A stretch of 63,157 bases of DNA, counting the filler, from Reticulomyxa filosa (lineage: Eukaryota; Protista; Foraminifera), in NCBI GenBank assembly GCA_000512085.1. It is 18 parts of 18 records of this genome, joined end to end, with 100 filler letters (N's around TTAATTAATTAA, not from the genome) between each part and the next. Parts side by side here need not be neighbours in the genome. Positions count along the whole stretch, not along the records: positions 23,759 to 25,652 come from ASPP01008409.1; positions 25,753 to 29,315 come from ASPP01004615.1; positions 29,416 to 31,222 come from ASPP01022455.1; positions 31,323 to 32,747 come from ASPP01000390.1; positions 32,848 to 33,847 come from ASPP01045404.1; positions 33,948 to 36,188 come from ASPP01000300.1; positions 36,289 to 40,693 come from ASPP01027462.1; 11 more parts are not named here. The stretch is one strand, 5' to 3'. Below, piece after piece: positions 24,405-37,494 of this stretch. The notes below the pieces were generated by a model. That model had not been told where the DNA came from and did no database searches. It was given only the letters and a program-made list of their open reading frames with translations. The position numbers were made by a program, and so were the translations under genes. Numbering within the stretch: position 1 is the first letter of the stretch; each line of letters begins with the position of its first letter.

Positions 24405-25037
24405 ATGACGGATGATTCAAGACAAAGAGCAACAAGTGAGTTTCGAATTAATATTGCCTCAGATTTTCGAGAGCGCAGAAGTAAATCGCCTATCGCTCAA
24501 TCGACAACTCCAACCCGATCGCCAAAGGGTGATCGTGGTCGTTCAGCATCAGTTTGCAACAACCCACAATCATAAAAAGCTTGTAATATTAGTTCAAAAC
24601 CAAACCAAAAAAAAAAAAAAAATGGGACAAACAGCAATTTGAAGATGACGTTCGTACAGCCCGAGAATCGCAAAAAGATAGTTTAAAGCGACTGAGAGCG
24701 TTGACAGCGAACATCCAAAACATTGAACCAGAGCAAATGGTTGTTGTGTGTTTTTTTTTATGTGTATATACAATACATACATATACACAGATATACGTAT
24801 GTATATTTGAGCGACGGTGTCAATCCGCACTCAATCGATGTAACAAATAAAAAAAAGAGTGGAGATGAAAGCGCAGGAACACGCAGAATGAGCAGTGCGT
24901 CCGAAGACTGGAAGAAAAGAAGAATGCAAAAAAAAGCAGAAAGATCGCAACGAGCAACATTGGGCAAAGTTATAGCCAATGGCATATACATATATATGTA
25001 TAAAACAATATGCATAGTACAATATTATATATACATG

Positions 25038-25070
<33 letters not shown>

Positions 25071-25652
25071 GTATATGCATATGTGTGTATATAAACATAT
25101 GCATACATATACATATATTATGTATACGTATTCCAAAATACGTTTCCAAAAAAAAAAAAAAAAAAGGTACAAATAAACACGAATTTGACGAGTACAAACC
25201 TGACAGACCGCAGCCACGGACGGATGAAATCAGTAACACTGGACGCGACGAAAGACGACATGTTCCACATTGACGAGACGACAGAGTACGAGATAAGCGA
25301 GAAAGAGCGACAGCAAAGACAGAGAGCCGAAGCGAATCGGGCGTTGGCATCAGCGTCGGCATCGGCGATCGACCGCGACATACGCACGGACACGGACAAC
25401 GACACGGAGAACGAGGTGGAGACGCCCTATGAGATTGTGTCACGACGAAGAGGGACCACCACTCCAGCGACAATGGCGAATGCCAAAGGGGTGGATATTT
25501 CCATTCTGCCGGAGGACATGGCAGCAGATGACACGCCAACGACGGCAGTAGCAACAGCAACAGCAGCAATGGTAACGGCGGCATCGACAATCACGACAGC
25601 AGCAGCAACAGCAACAGGAACACCGGGGTCATCGAGCGACGGATATCGCAAA
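24405..25652 (+). CDS. Hypothetical low-complexity protein, multi-exon, 3' partial
   Basis: Exons MTDDSRQRAT..RSKSPIAQSTTPTRSPK, QFEDDVRTARESQKDSLKRL, KKSGDESAGTRR and an Ala/Thr-rich last exon, joined by GT-AG introns. Confidence 0.55.
24983..25128. repeat. Imperfect (TA)n/(TATG) microsatellite in an intron
   Basis: Direct reading of alternating TA/TG/CA. Similar tracts at 40177-40238 and 46491-46560. Confidence 0.9.
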
Positions 25653-26960
25653 NNNNNNNNNNNNNNNNNNNNNNNNNNNNNNNNNNNNNNNNNNNNTTAA
25701 TTAATTAANNNNNNNNNNNNNNNNNNNNNNNNNNNNNNNNNNNNNNNNNNNNAAAAAAAAAAAGGTACGTGTTACTCAAACTCACCGGAACTAAACGTTT
25801 CTGTTCCACTGGCTCTACGACTCCTCAGATTTAATTTGTGTGGTCCAATCTTTTAAAGAGATCATGCTGTTGAAATTAAAGTTTTAACAAAAGAATTTCT
25901 GGAAACAGATTTTATCAGTTATATCAACAATACGCAACAGTATGAGGTAACTTTTTATTGAAGTTTTTATGTTTGCTGATAAGTCGAAAAGTTTCAATAA
26001 ACTCAGAAATGAGTACAAATGATATGCCTGCAACATAGTTTGCACATTTATAATTACTTAGATTATTTGTTTTTTATTTATGAATTTTACAATTTCAAAA
26101 TAATGAAAGTTTTGAATACTGAGTAAATCTGCTTTTTACATTTTTAAAAATAAGCGTAATATCAATATCAAACAAAAATTAGTTATTTTGTCAACATTCT
26201 TTTAACTCATTCGAGTTAAAACCACACAAACTCCTCTTGATTTCTCTTTTTATTAACAAAAATTTGCTTGTGATTTCAGTGTTTGTGATACTGTCGTTTT
26301 CAAGTATATCACTGAATCGTTTGAATAAAAGCATTACATGATGTTGTTGTAAGTTTGTGCTGTATTAAAATATGTCAAACAATAGCTTATTAAAATAAAA
26401 AGAAACAAGAATTTGTTGTTACGTGTTCTCTGTTATCCATGTTTGGACATCTTTCACCTTTTCAACATTTTCATCAAATCATTTCAATAAATCTGAAATG
26501 ATCTTGTTGAAGTTGCGCAAACATAATAGTTAACTGAAAACAAAAATCTTTTAATTTTAAGTATCCTTTTTGACGAGAACTAATAATCAAAAATGTAAAA
26601 TTGCACAATTACTATTTATTTTTTTTTAATTGTAGAAACTTAAACAAAATATTCTACATATTACAAAGCTTCATAATTTGTATACATTTTCAGAATTTCA
26701 TAAAATATTCAAACATTTATTTTCTATGTCCTCCATAGAATCATTTTGATGTCATATTTTGTACTATGCATCCTTGTTGAAACAATTTTATTGTTAATGG
26801 TTATCAAAAATTTATTTAAACAGGGATAAGTGTATGCATTATTCCTTATTTGATTTAACATAAATCCTTCAAATTTAAAAATTATTAATGAATATTTTTT
26901 GAATATACTTCAAAAAAGTTAATAATTTTGTTGTAGTGAGACACAACTGTCAATTTTCTT

Positions 26961-28186
26961 TCAAAATCTAATATACTTGATAATAATTTGTTCAAAATCA
27001 TCAATCCACCCTAAGCTTATATCTAAAATTCGACTCCAATACTGAATAATACTTTTTAATTCATTTTTTGACTATTGATTGTTTCATTACAATAAAACTT
27101 TTTTTATGTTTGATTATATAAAAAAAAAAAAGCTACAAAGGTTAAAAGAAATATACCAAATTTGAAGAATTCTTCCAGTCACTCGTTATTGTCTTCATGT
27201 GAGTTGATACTGTATTATTTTTATGATTAAGTCCTCCAATGATATGCACATAAGTCTGTTTTCATTCAATATCCCAAAGCAATAACACAACGGAATAGGC
27301 AAAGTATGTTTAAATTTAATCCATGTATTATCTTGTGTTGAATACTGATACACTGATTTTGAATAAACTTTTCCAGCTCCGCCAAAGAACAAGATTGCGT
27401 CATTGATACGCACATACGCATACGCAGATAATGGTGCAATATCGTCACAAACAGGTAGTTGATGAAATTGAAAAGTGTTGTTATCTTCATCATATTCAAT
27501 TGACAATCCTATCTTTTTATAAAACAACAACATTTGATCATTTTGTTTATTTGTTTTCGTCACTTCTTGTCCTTGTCCATTTTCTGAATTTGATATAAAG
27601 CAGTGCTCTTGAATATAGCCACTAATTGGTAAAGTATCATGTTTAATAAATTGAAATGTATTTAAATTAAACACACTAATATTATTTTTAGTGTAAGTGA
27701 TAAATAACAAATTATTATTTCTTCCTCCAATCACTGTACGCACTCCAATATAATTCTCATATTCTCTTCCAATGTCAATTGGATTATTGTTATCATCTGT
27801 GAAGGGAACCCATTTATTGTAATTGTTTGATTTCATTTCATTGTCATTGTCACTATTCCAAACACTTATATATTTCATCACCAATGTATGTCTATTGTTT
27901 CCTTCCCAATCAGATCCAAAAGATAACAAAGTGACTTTATTTCTGTTGTTATTATCTTCCAGTTTCACTACACAGTGTCCACATAATTCAATATCATATG
28001 ATACTCACAGATAAGCTTGTATTCATTTTTTAGTGTATGATAAGAATAACAAGTTTTGTTGGAGTCACTTCCACAAATGAGGATTTCGTGTTTATGAAGC
28101 ACACATTGGGGATGATAAAGTGTAGTGGGCACCTCCTTCAAATTTTGAAAAGTGGTTGAAGTATGACTTGTAGTTTTATTACCCAT
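26961..28186 (-). pseudogene. Kelch-like beta-propeller gene of an expanded family, with C-terminal 'GWIDDF' box exon; two frameshifts
   Basis: MGNK..QCVLHKHEILICG..CYSYHTLKNEY, LLSFG, ILFFGG..SVYQYS..W, HIIGG. Frame breaks near 27990 and 27257. Last exon 27071-26961 is SKNELKSIIQYWSRILDISLGWIDDFEQIIIKY. Confidence 0.7.
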
Positions 28187-29028
28187 GCTGTTAATGTTGC
28201 TGAATTTTTTGAAGGACTTAATTTTTTTAAAAAAGGGTTTAACAAGACCATTTTGGAAAAAGTATATTAGTGACAAAAGTTCTGATCATCAAAATGGCAC
28301 TTTATGAAAATGATAGATTTTCTATGTCAAAAGTCGACATTTTTCAAAATTTATAAACAAAGCTGTCTTTTCTGTTCTTTGAATATTGCAAACTGTGAGT
28401 TTGATTTATCACTCAAATCCACTTAACGTGCATTAATGCAATAAAAATAAAAAACTTTTTAAATTTTAAGGGGCGTACATCACTTAAATTATTCATTTTT
28501 TTTAAAAAATTAAAATGCAAAAATTTGAATTTTTGAAAAAATGGATAATCTTCACAAGGTGACATTTTAGGTATTCAGTTTTCTGCAATCTATTGTATTT
28601 TATTTTGATAAAAAAAACAGATTTAAATGTTGTTTCTTCGTGGAGAAAATCAATTATATATATAGGCACTGTTTTATGTGTCAACCTTCTTTTGCATTAT
28701 ACTGTATTTTAGGAAACTCATATGTAAAAAAAGATAAAATAGAAGACTGGTTTTGCTGTTTGTTATTCAACAAAGTCTAAACATACTAATTTTCTGTTTT
28801 GCGATGAAATATTTAATGAATATTTATTATCAGTCTTTCATTTATCAAAAAATACATTTAGTTTTTTAAGACAAATAATTGAATGTATTTGCAATTGTTT
28901 AATAAAATAAATCTACATTTTGCATATGGAGGAGTTAAGATTTATATTATTTTCTCTATCTCAATCTTTCCAAAAGCTGGTTATCTTTAGGCTTTTGTAT
29001 CTACGATTTAGATTTGCGATTGAATTAG

Positions 29029-29130
29029 TCAGAAGAAGATAAAATTAAAAAAATTATCCAGCATTGGATCCGAATATTGAAAATTAAATTATGTAGGTTC
29101 AAGATTTCGACGGATTTGTTGTCAAATATG
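29029..29130 (+). pseudogene. Orphan decayed copy of the 'IIQHWIR..' box exon
   Basis: ag|TCA GAA GAA..IIQHWIRILKIKL, then frameshifted QDFDGFVVKY. Confidence 0.65.
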
Positions 29131-29415
29131 CCCCATTTATGAAAAATATTGTTTGTCCACAATTTACAGTAGATTGCAAAAAAAACTGCCATACCTAAAT
29201 GGCACTATACGAATAGAATCGATTTTCTCCATGAAAAATAAAGATTTAAACCTAATTTTTTTTTTAAATATCTACTAATCTTGTAGTTTTTAAATATTAA
29301 ATTGGTTTTATGATANNNNNNNNNNNNNNNNNNNNNNNNNNNNNNNNNNNNNNNNNNNNTTAATTAATTAANNNNNNNNNNNNNNNNNNNNNNNNNNNNN
29401 NNNNNNNNNNNNNNN

Positions 29416-29615
29416 TTATACAGGTTCAACATCCTTTTCATTGAATTCCAAAAAATCGCTTTTGTCGCTGATTCCAGACACAGTTGTGCAATTGCGACTG
29501 TTGCAATAATAGAATTGCTCAGGCTGGCCCAATTTCAATTATTGTCTTATATTGCCATCGCACCCTTTGGTTACCACATAAAAGATGCCAACTGTTCAAT
29601 GTGAATGCGTGAAGA
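29416..29615 (-). pseudogene. Myosin motor-domain-like fragment with an in-frame stop
   Basis: IFYVVTKGCDGNIRQ*LKLGQPEQFYYCNSRNCTTVSGISDKSDF resembles the myosin segment HIFY..L.L..P..Y.Y....C..V.GIDD..DF. Confidence 0.5.
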
Positions 29616-32600
29616 TTTAATGTATATATTTTTTTTATTTTTTATTTTTTATTTTTAGTACATTTTTTTCACCACTTTCTCCCCCTTTTTTTTTTTATAT
29701 AACTTTTTGTATGTTTAAAGTGTTTACGTAACATAAATCTTGGCAGATGCAAACCTCTATCACAAGCACTGTAAAAAAAAAGGTAAATCATTTTATCAAA
29801 TGCAATGCAAACCTGGGTTTATTTATGGTGATCGAGTCTTTTCGATTGAGATGGTGATTTTCTCCAGATCCGATTTCCACTACCACTTGACCTTGGATTC
29901 ATCTCATATCTGCTTCATCAAGCATCAATATCCATGTTGACTATTTTAATCATTAAAAAACTATCGTCGTTTTTCTAGAATCTGTAATCGTATAATAGAT
30001 ATTTTTTTAAACTCCTTGACTGAGATTTGCTTTTTCATCAGTCATCAATTCTTCATGTTTGGGCCATAAGTTGAAATAATAAGTTGACTTGTTTGCCAAT
30101 CTGAGAACATTTTTTCGTTAATGCTTTTGTGGGTTTCCACCACTGTTGATTGGGATGTTTAAATTTTAAGAGTTCCCATTTCTTCGCTTTTGCGCAATTA
30201 ACCATTTTTCCTGCTGTTAAGCAAAAAGAATATTAAATAACAAAAAAATTTCAATTCTTTAATAGTTGCTTATTTTCCGTTGGACAAGCGGGCCTTCAAC
30301 TTAAGAATACAGTATGGAAGAATCTTGCCTACCTCTTTCTTCTAACACAAATGAAGGAAAAATAATAACCTTTTTCATAGTCATGCAATCTTTTTCAAGA
30401 GAAAATTATATTTCCTTTTTTTAAAGATGTTTTTTCAAAGGGATATATTTTTTTCGTGATCTTTTTAAAAAAACTAAATCCAAACTGGGCTTAATTTGCA
30501 TGGTTTATGTTATATCCAAAACATGGACAAGAAATGGTACAAACAAATGAAAAACAAAAGCAAAAAAAGCAATGAAATGTTGTTTTTTACAAAATAAGGA
30601 TTGATAATTGGATATGATGAAGAGAGTTACACTTTTAAATTTAATCAACTAGCTGTTGATATGGATATGTGTATGTCAATAATGTTATTTTGATGAAAAT
30701 GTGTTAAGACACCACACTGAACAGAATGAATGTAAGAAGAAAAAAAAAAAGGATAGGTCTTAAGCATCCGCAGTAAACATATATTGTGAGCGTAATTGTT
30801 ACATTAACGCAAATGGAAAGAATATATGTACTCTATAACTAATTTTTATTTTTTGATAAAAAAAAAAGAGAAAAGATCAAACATCAAAAAAAAAAAAAAA
30901 ACGAAAACTTACAAAAAAAAAACGAATGACAAAATACAAAATAACTGATTATATGTGTGTTAATGCATGAAAAAACTAAAAAAAAAATCACCATTTTATT
31001 CGTTATCAATAAATAAAAATATAATATTTTCGTAAACTTATCAAATCTAAAAAAACACCGTATAATATAATATCAGCGTATACATTTTTTTAAATATATT
31101 GTGCACATTTTTTCAATCAACTTTTATAGCTAATGGTAAAAGTCTCGAACTCCGTAATTTTACAAACGCATTTCCACTGATTTCTACTTTTGAAAACAAC
31201 ATTTCAAAGTTTATTGTATATCNNNNNNNNNNNNNNNNNNNNNNNNNNNNNNNNNNNNNNNNNNNNTTAATTAATTAANNNNNNNNNNNNNNNNNNNNNN
31301 NNNNNNNNNNNNNNNNNNNNNNAAGACCTGAGTTTGTGCATGTAGAGAGGGCAAAAACAAATTCAATTTGAGGATGAAGCGAGATAGTAGTCCGACCCTT
31401 GACACGCCCCCACTGCAACCCATCTAAAAAAAAATTCACTTTTGAAAAAAAAGCTGCATTTTGAAGGAAAATAAGCACAAACAATTAGTTACTGCAACAC
31501 CTAGCAGTATCTGAAAGAAGTTCGAAGTTAATCTTCGATTATTAGCAACGATTTTCGTCTTCAACACTTTTCAAACTAATAAGAAAATTTTTTTCAACTA
31601 GTAAAATTTTTTTATCGTATATAAAAAATGTTTATACTAGTTGAAAATTTCATATATCTGATCTTGCGATATTCCGTAAGATCAGATATCGACCAACGAG
31701 TATATCAAGCGAAATTTCTGAAAACGACAGTTGAAACAGAATAGAAAGACCAAACAAAGAAAGCTTGCAATTAAACATTTACACACAGTATTAAATTTTA
31801 ATTTTTTTCTAATTTGTTAAAGAAGCGAATTGAATCTCAATATTTTATGAGACTTCAACACTTCGAAAATAATGCTCCAGAGAATTCAGTTGAGCAACGC
31901 TCCTATAATTCCTCTTGATCTCATATGGAAGAGCCAAATTGTTTTCACAACCGTTGATTGATCTCAACATTCAACCTTTGAAATTTACTTTGCTCTTTTG
32001 ATATTTTAAATTTAATTAAGACTTTAAATTGATATTTTTACTTGTTGTGTTGATTGTGAGTGAGTTTTAACAAATTTTGTATATCTTTTACTTTGCTTTA
32101 TTTTTATTTGAGTACTGTGTTCCTTGTAGCTAGGATTAGGTCTCCGAAGCAGGATATGCTTATTCACTTCAGGATTAGTCATTGCTTCTTCACGCTTTTT
32201 CTTTTGTTCAGCAGCGAATGTCTTTGATAGATGTCACATCTTGGCCGCCTTACAATTCTTTGTTTCCATCTTGATTTTCTTTTGTTCAATTTGTACATTC
32301 TTGGCATCATTGAAGTTATTAGCTAAAGGCGTCGAACACTCTTAAGGCAAGCAAGGTTCGATCTTCTCCCTCAAGCCGCCCGTTTTCGGTAAAAGGGTTA
32401 CTATCCCAGTTACCAGGAGTTTGAGGTTTTAAAAGCACGTCCACCTCTCAAAGTCACACAACACACTACGATAACCCCCGAAAATGAATTGCAACAAAAA
32501 ATTTGCCAAAAACAGTAATAAATACAATCTCTTTCAAAGTACAACTTTTTAAGAAAAGTTAATATTAATGATGAAGTGGCTAATATTAATTTTTTTTAAA

Positions 32601-32699
32601 TGGCTTTGATGTTGCCGATTTAAGTTCTTTGGGCTTAATTGTAGTGACGACGATCGTTGGCGTATTTGTATACATGAATTGTCCTTGAACTTGCATATT

Positions 32700-32747
32700 T
32701 TTCTTTTGATATTGAACGTGATTGGAAGATGATCTGAGTGCACATCC
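32700..32747 (-). mobile_element. Non-LTR retrotransposon APE endonuclease C-terminal remnant
   Basis: DVHSDHLPITF matches the terminal SDH motif of APE domains. Very short and at a contig edge. Confidence 0.4.
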
Positions 32748-32847
32748 NNNNNNNNNNNNNNNNNNNNNNNNNNNNNNNNNNNNNNNNNNNNTTAATTAAT
32801 TAANNNNNNNNNNNNNNNNNNNNNNNNNNNNNNNNNNNNNNNNNNNN

Positions 32848-33847
32848 ACAATGAATGGACTGATTAATGATGTCGGTAAATTCATACAAGCTGAATGAGT
32901 TCCATTTAATACAACTCTTCCAAGTCGAGCTGATAATAAGATATCAATACGTCAATATAATCTATAATCTAATTTAAATTCATTATATTAATCAATTTCT
33001 CCAAACACTGTCATATGCTGCAGAGATATTAAATAACACTGCATAAGTCACTGAATTGCATTGTATGTCAGATTGGATTTCTGCTTGTGTTTGCTGCAAT
33101 AATTATTTGTCATTCAATTTCCACATTAATCTACTTGTGATGGTCATTTCAATCAATTTATCAACACTTGCTAACAATCAGCATATGGCTATGATTTCTG
33201 TCAGGCTTGGGAATATGCACAATGTTTGCATTTTTCAATGCAATAGGCTCTAATCAGGATCTTGGGCTTTGTACGGCGACAAATGTCTCATAGCATCAAT
33301 AAATTTTTCTTTTGTAATTTCACTATGATGAATATCACTCAAACCAATGCAATTTTAAATATAATGTCATCTTCGTCATTTCATAATGCTTTTCATCAAC
33401 ATCTCTTGGATGCTGAGTGCCCTGAAAATGTTTTGCCAATAGATACGCTTTATTAGCATCTGATCTCGACACTGAATTTGTTTCCTTGTTCACCAATGCT
33501 GGAATAATGCATATCTTATTGGCATTCAATGCATTTAATTGCGTGAATGAATTTCATGCAGCGAATTGATTCTGTTTACCATATATGATGATGCTTTTCT
33601 AATTACAATTTCATTTGCAATTGCTTGGCTGCTTTCTTATATAGAATTAAAATCCTTGATGTTCTTTGATTTTTGGACTATCTTTCGTAATCGACTGTCG
33701 CTCCACAATGGCTTGTTGTCTTTCCATATGTCCTGATATCAATGATTGATTCTTCAGCTTCAACAACACATCTGGTCCAAGATTCGATATGGAGATGCAA
33801 GTTTTGTTCTAATATTTGAGCATTGGAATAAAATCAGTTGATATTAT
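32848..33847 (-). mobile_element. Degenerate non-LTR (LINE-like) retrotransposon ORF2 fragment
   Basis: IIPALVN..KAYLLAKHF, AMRHLSPYKAQDPD, NIVHIPKPDRNH and NISAAYDSVWR across several frames with stops, covering the RT N-terminal subdomains. Confidence 0.75.
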
Positions 33848-35019
33848 NNNNNNNNNNNNNNNNNNNNNNNNNNNNNNNNNNNNNNNNNNNNTTAATTAAT
33901 TAANNNNNNNNNNNNNNNNNNNNNNNNNNNNNNNNNNNNNNNNNNNNATATCGTTTTATGCGTTCAGTTTTCTTTGCAACATACTGTAATATGTAATGCT
34001 TTTTATGATTTGATCACATAATATTTCTTTATAAATTGAGAATAACTCTTCATTTAATTTTGCAATATATAAGCGCCTTTAGCACCAAAGCAATAACATA
34101 TTATGATGTTAAACAACCAAACATTTACCTTTTTTGAATATATATCAATTATATTATGATATTCTTTTTTCAACATATAGAAAATGCTATCTCTTCAATA
34201 TATGTTAACTTTTAGTTCTTCCAAAATGATGCTTTTTTCCAATAATATAAAGTCAAATTCTGTGTTCATCAATAAAATTAATTCGATTTACTTTATGTTA
34301 TTAAGTTAGTTTTTACTTTGTCTTTTGTAGTTGCGTATAATATATTCAACTTCAAACCTTAGTTATTGTCAAGTAAAACTGTGATTTCACTTTCGATATT
34401 TATAGTATTTTCTAGTCTTTGCTTGTAATAATGATTTAATGTTAAACCTTATTACAAACCACAAAGTTCAAACAAAAAAAGGATCTTCATAAAGTAGTGT
34501 TTTATGTTTACTTTTTTTTTTGCAAACTACTGTACATACAATATTTATCTATGTCATTGTTCGACATTGGATTCATATGCTTATATTTGATACTAATTAT
34601 TTTTTTATTCTTTATATGTTTTTTATGACATTACTGCGAAAGCACAAACGCATCGTGCAAAAAAGTAATTTTTATAATTTGCTATTTCCAAATGCAAGTA
34701 TATTGAGCGTTTACTATTGCTAAAATGAAAATACACTCTTGTTATTTGATCATATTCCAATACATGACATATGAAAAAGTAATTGATATTTTTAAAAAAT
34801 TTGTTGTTTTTGACATTACTGTTGATCAGTTTACGTAATATCCCAAGTTGAGAGTCTTGAATTTTCAACAATGTACGCAATATAGCAAAAAATATCACTC
34901 AAGCTTTTTGCAATAACAGAATCTAAACATCACCCAGATCACCAAAAATTGGCAAGCAAGTAGTTATTGTTTTTACCTCGCATTTTTTTTTAGCGAGGCT
35001 GCTTTGACCAAAAACTTTT

Positions 35020-36009
35020 CACTCTTCCATTTGTTCTGTATGTTTTATTTCTAAACTTCTCCTGCTTGTTGAGTTCACACCGCCACGTGGTTGATAATCT
35101 CGACTTTTTTTTCGAACACATCCAAAAAAAAACAAATTGAATAGGAATACATCAAAGGACCTCACATATTTGATGAGAAAGCAAAAAATATTTAAACAAT
35201 GAACCTAACGTTTCAATATAAACAGGAATACGATTGCGAGTTCGACGTTTTTGTGCAACACATTTGTGGAAATGCTTTGCCATATAAATACATCCCATTT
35301 TGCGTTGACATTTGGGACATTGAAAGTGATACTGCTCAGGTTTGTTTTCAAAAACACGAGTGCTCCTTTGGCGATGTTGTTCTATTTGTCATTTGTTTTT
35401 TTCCAAAAAAAAAAAAATCAAAGTTTCGGCAAGAAACAACAAAATAGATGAAGTGCACAAAAAAGTTACAAATGCACATACCATACAACCATTGCCTATT
35501 ATTTTTGTGTTTGTATTTAATGTTGCCTTTGTTGCTTTGTCACAATATTTTCATTTGTGTCAAAAAAAAAAACATATTGCTACATACAATGGTGTTTGTT
35601 GTTGCTTCAATTTCTCCTCCATTGCTATTGAAGGTTACATTTTTTGTTAGTTTGTATAGTGTGTCTCTTCAGCGAAAGAAAAAAAGAGATATTTTTTTAA
35701 AAAAAAAAGGCAGTGACATTTTTGACAGAACGGACTTTTTTAACCTTTGGCCACTTCACTTTTTTCGTAAGTGTTGGCTCCATTCATCCTTCCTGTCATT
35801 GGGGATTTCATTTTTGATTTGGACAGATTTGAACTTACAAAAGTAGAGTCACTGCCATCCATAATAATGTTGTTTGTCGATGAACTATTGCTTGAGGATG
35901 GGATAAGATTGAGTGGCGGTAAGTTGATTTTGTGAGGAGCAGTTGTAGGGCCAAAATCATTCGTTGAAACAAGAGAGCTTCGAGAAAATGATCTATCAGA
36001 ATTTGCCAT
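35020..36009 (-). CDS. Small C2HC zinc-finger protein (Sgf11/ATXN7L3-like finger), multi-exon
   Basis: Ser-rich first exon 36009-35745. An internal exon (~35385-35225) reads YHFQCPKCQRKMGCIYMAKHFHKCV (C-x2-C-x11-H-x3-C). Confidence 0.45.
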
Positions 36010-36288
36010 GATTCTTATTGTTATTTATACCTAATCTTGAATCGTTTGCAATGGTTAGATTTTAGTTAACATAATAACCCCAACGACAAAAAAGTTCAGA
36101 ATCAAGGAGAACTGTTTAGTGTTTGTAATTTACGACCCACGATATCAATTTAGTTAATTTTCTGTCAATATAGATTTTTCTAGTTTATNNNNNNNNNNNN
36201 NNNNNNNNNNNNNNNNNNNNNNNNNNNNNNNNTTAATTAATTAANNNNNNNNNNNNNNNNNNNNNNNNNNNNNNNNNNNNNNNNNNNN

Positions 36289-36604
36289 TGTTTTATCATT
36301 TGATCCAGAACAAATGAATTGACCATTATTAAATGTAAAATAATCAATACTCCACACAACATTATTATGTCCAGTGAATGTTTTAAGTAAGTTCAATGAT
36401 GAACGAAATGTATCAAACATAAAAACAGTAGATATCTATGTTAAATAAATATTTCAAATATTTTGATTGACATTAAATAAAAAAAAAAACAAATAAATTA
36501 ACATAATTGACAATGATTTTGTCAAAATTTTTAATCCATCCTAATTTAATTTTTAATTTTCGAATCCAATAATAAATAATTATTTGGATATATTCTTCTT
36601 TTGA
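36289..36604 (-). CDS. WD40-family gene, N-terminal part (box exon + first WD repeat), truncated by contig end
   Basis: 102-nt exon 36604-36503 SKEEYIQIIIYYWIRKLKIKLGWIKNFDKIIVNY, then TFTGHNNVVWSIDY..ICSGSNDKT. Confidence 0.75.
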
Positions 36605-37012
36605 CTGTTTCAATCATAAAACAAAGCGAGAAGCAAAAAGAAATAATAAACATCTAAAAACAACTTCAACGAAACTTTCATTGATAATCTTAAGTTCATT
36701 CTTCAACTTTTTTTGTTTTTTCTTTTGAGATGATCTTGAATGATGCAAGGGATAATCAAAAAACTGAATTTAAGATTTTATTTCCACTACGTCGTAGCTA
36801 TAAAATAAAACTAGATGAAATAATAATTGAGACTTTTTGATATGATATCTCCAAGACTATATACAGATAAGAGAATAAAAAAGAATTTAAAAAGCTTGAC
36901 TTGAAGTGATATTTGATAGAATAACTACTCCTCAGACCGAAACAAAAACATCACTGGTAAACTTCATTTTAACTCATTCAAAATTCTATTTTTTTCTTTT
37001 AGTTATAATTGT

Positions 37013-37310
37013 ATGTCCAAAGAAGAAGAAATTCCATTAATTATTCAACATTGAGCTCGAATATTACATATTAAATTTAGATGGATAAATGATTTTAATA
37101 TGCTTATTATCAAATAACAAAAAATTCAAATGTTTACAATCTCAATTTAACACAGGCCATTCACACTTTTATATTTGATATCTTCATTCGTTATCAAAAT
37201 TACTCAAAACATTCACTGGACATGCTGATACTCTGTGGAGTATTGATTATTTTACATTTGATAATGAAACTATTTTTATATGGGATATCGAAACAACAAA
37301 ACATGACTGA
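37013..37310 (+). pseudogene. WD40-family pseudogene with box exon
   Basis: SKEEEIPLIIQH*ARILHIKFRWINDFNMLIIK*, then frameshifted TFTGHADTLWSIDY..IWDIETTK. Confidence 0.75.
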
Positions 37311-37494
37311 AATGCAAGGAAAGGCACATATGATTTAAACTTGTGTGCAAAGGTTCCATTTGTATTTGGGGATAATTTACTTTTGTTCAGCAAGAAATGA
37401 ATGTATTTTCTTTTTAAAAATATTGAAAAAATCTTGTTTAACTTTAAGTTTTTTATGAAATTTGACACATATTCATTTAATCAATAAAAGACAA

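Noticed and set aside
24723-25590. ORFs rich in Y/I/C/M (YIYIYV...)
   Set aside because: Translations of intronic TA microsatellites or antisense low-complexity sequence.
32325-32385. GGTTCGATC B-box-like motif suggesting a tRNA or SINE
   Set aside because: No cloverleaf, acceptor stem or A box could be built.
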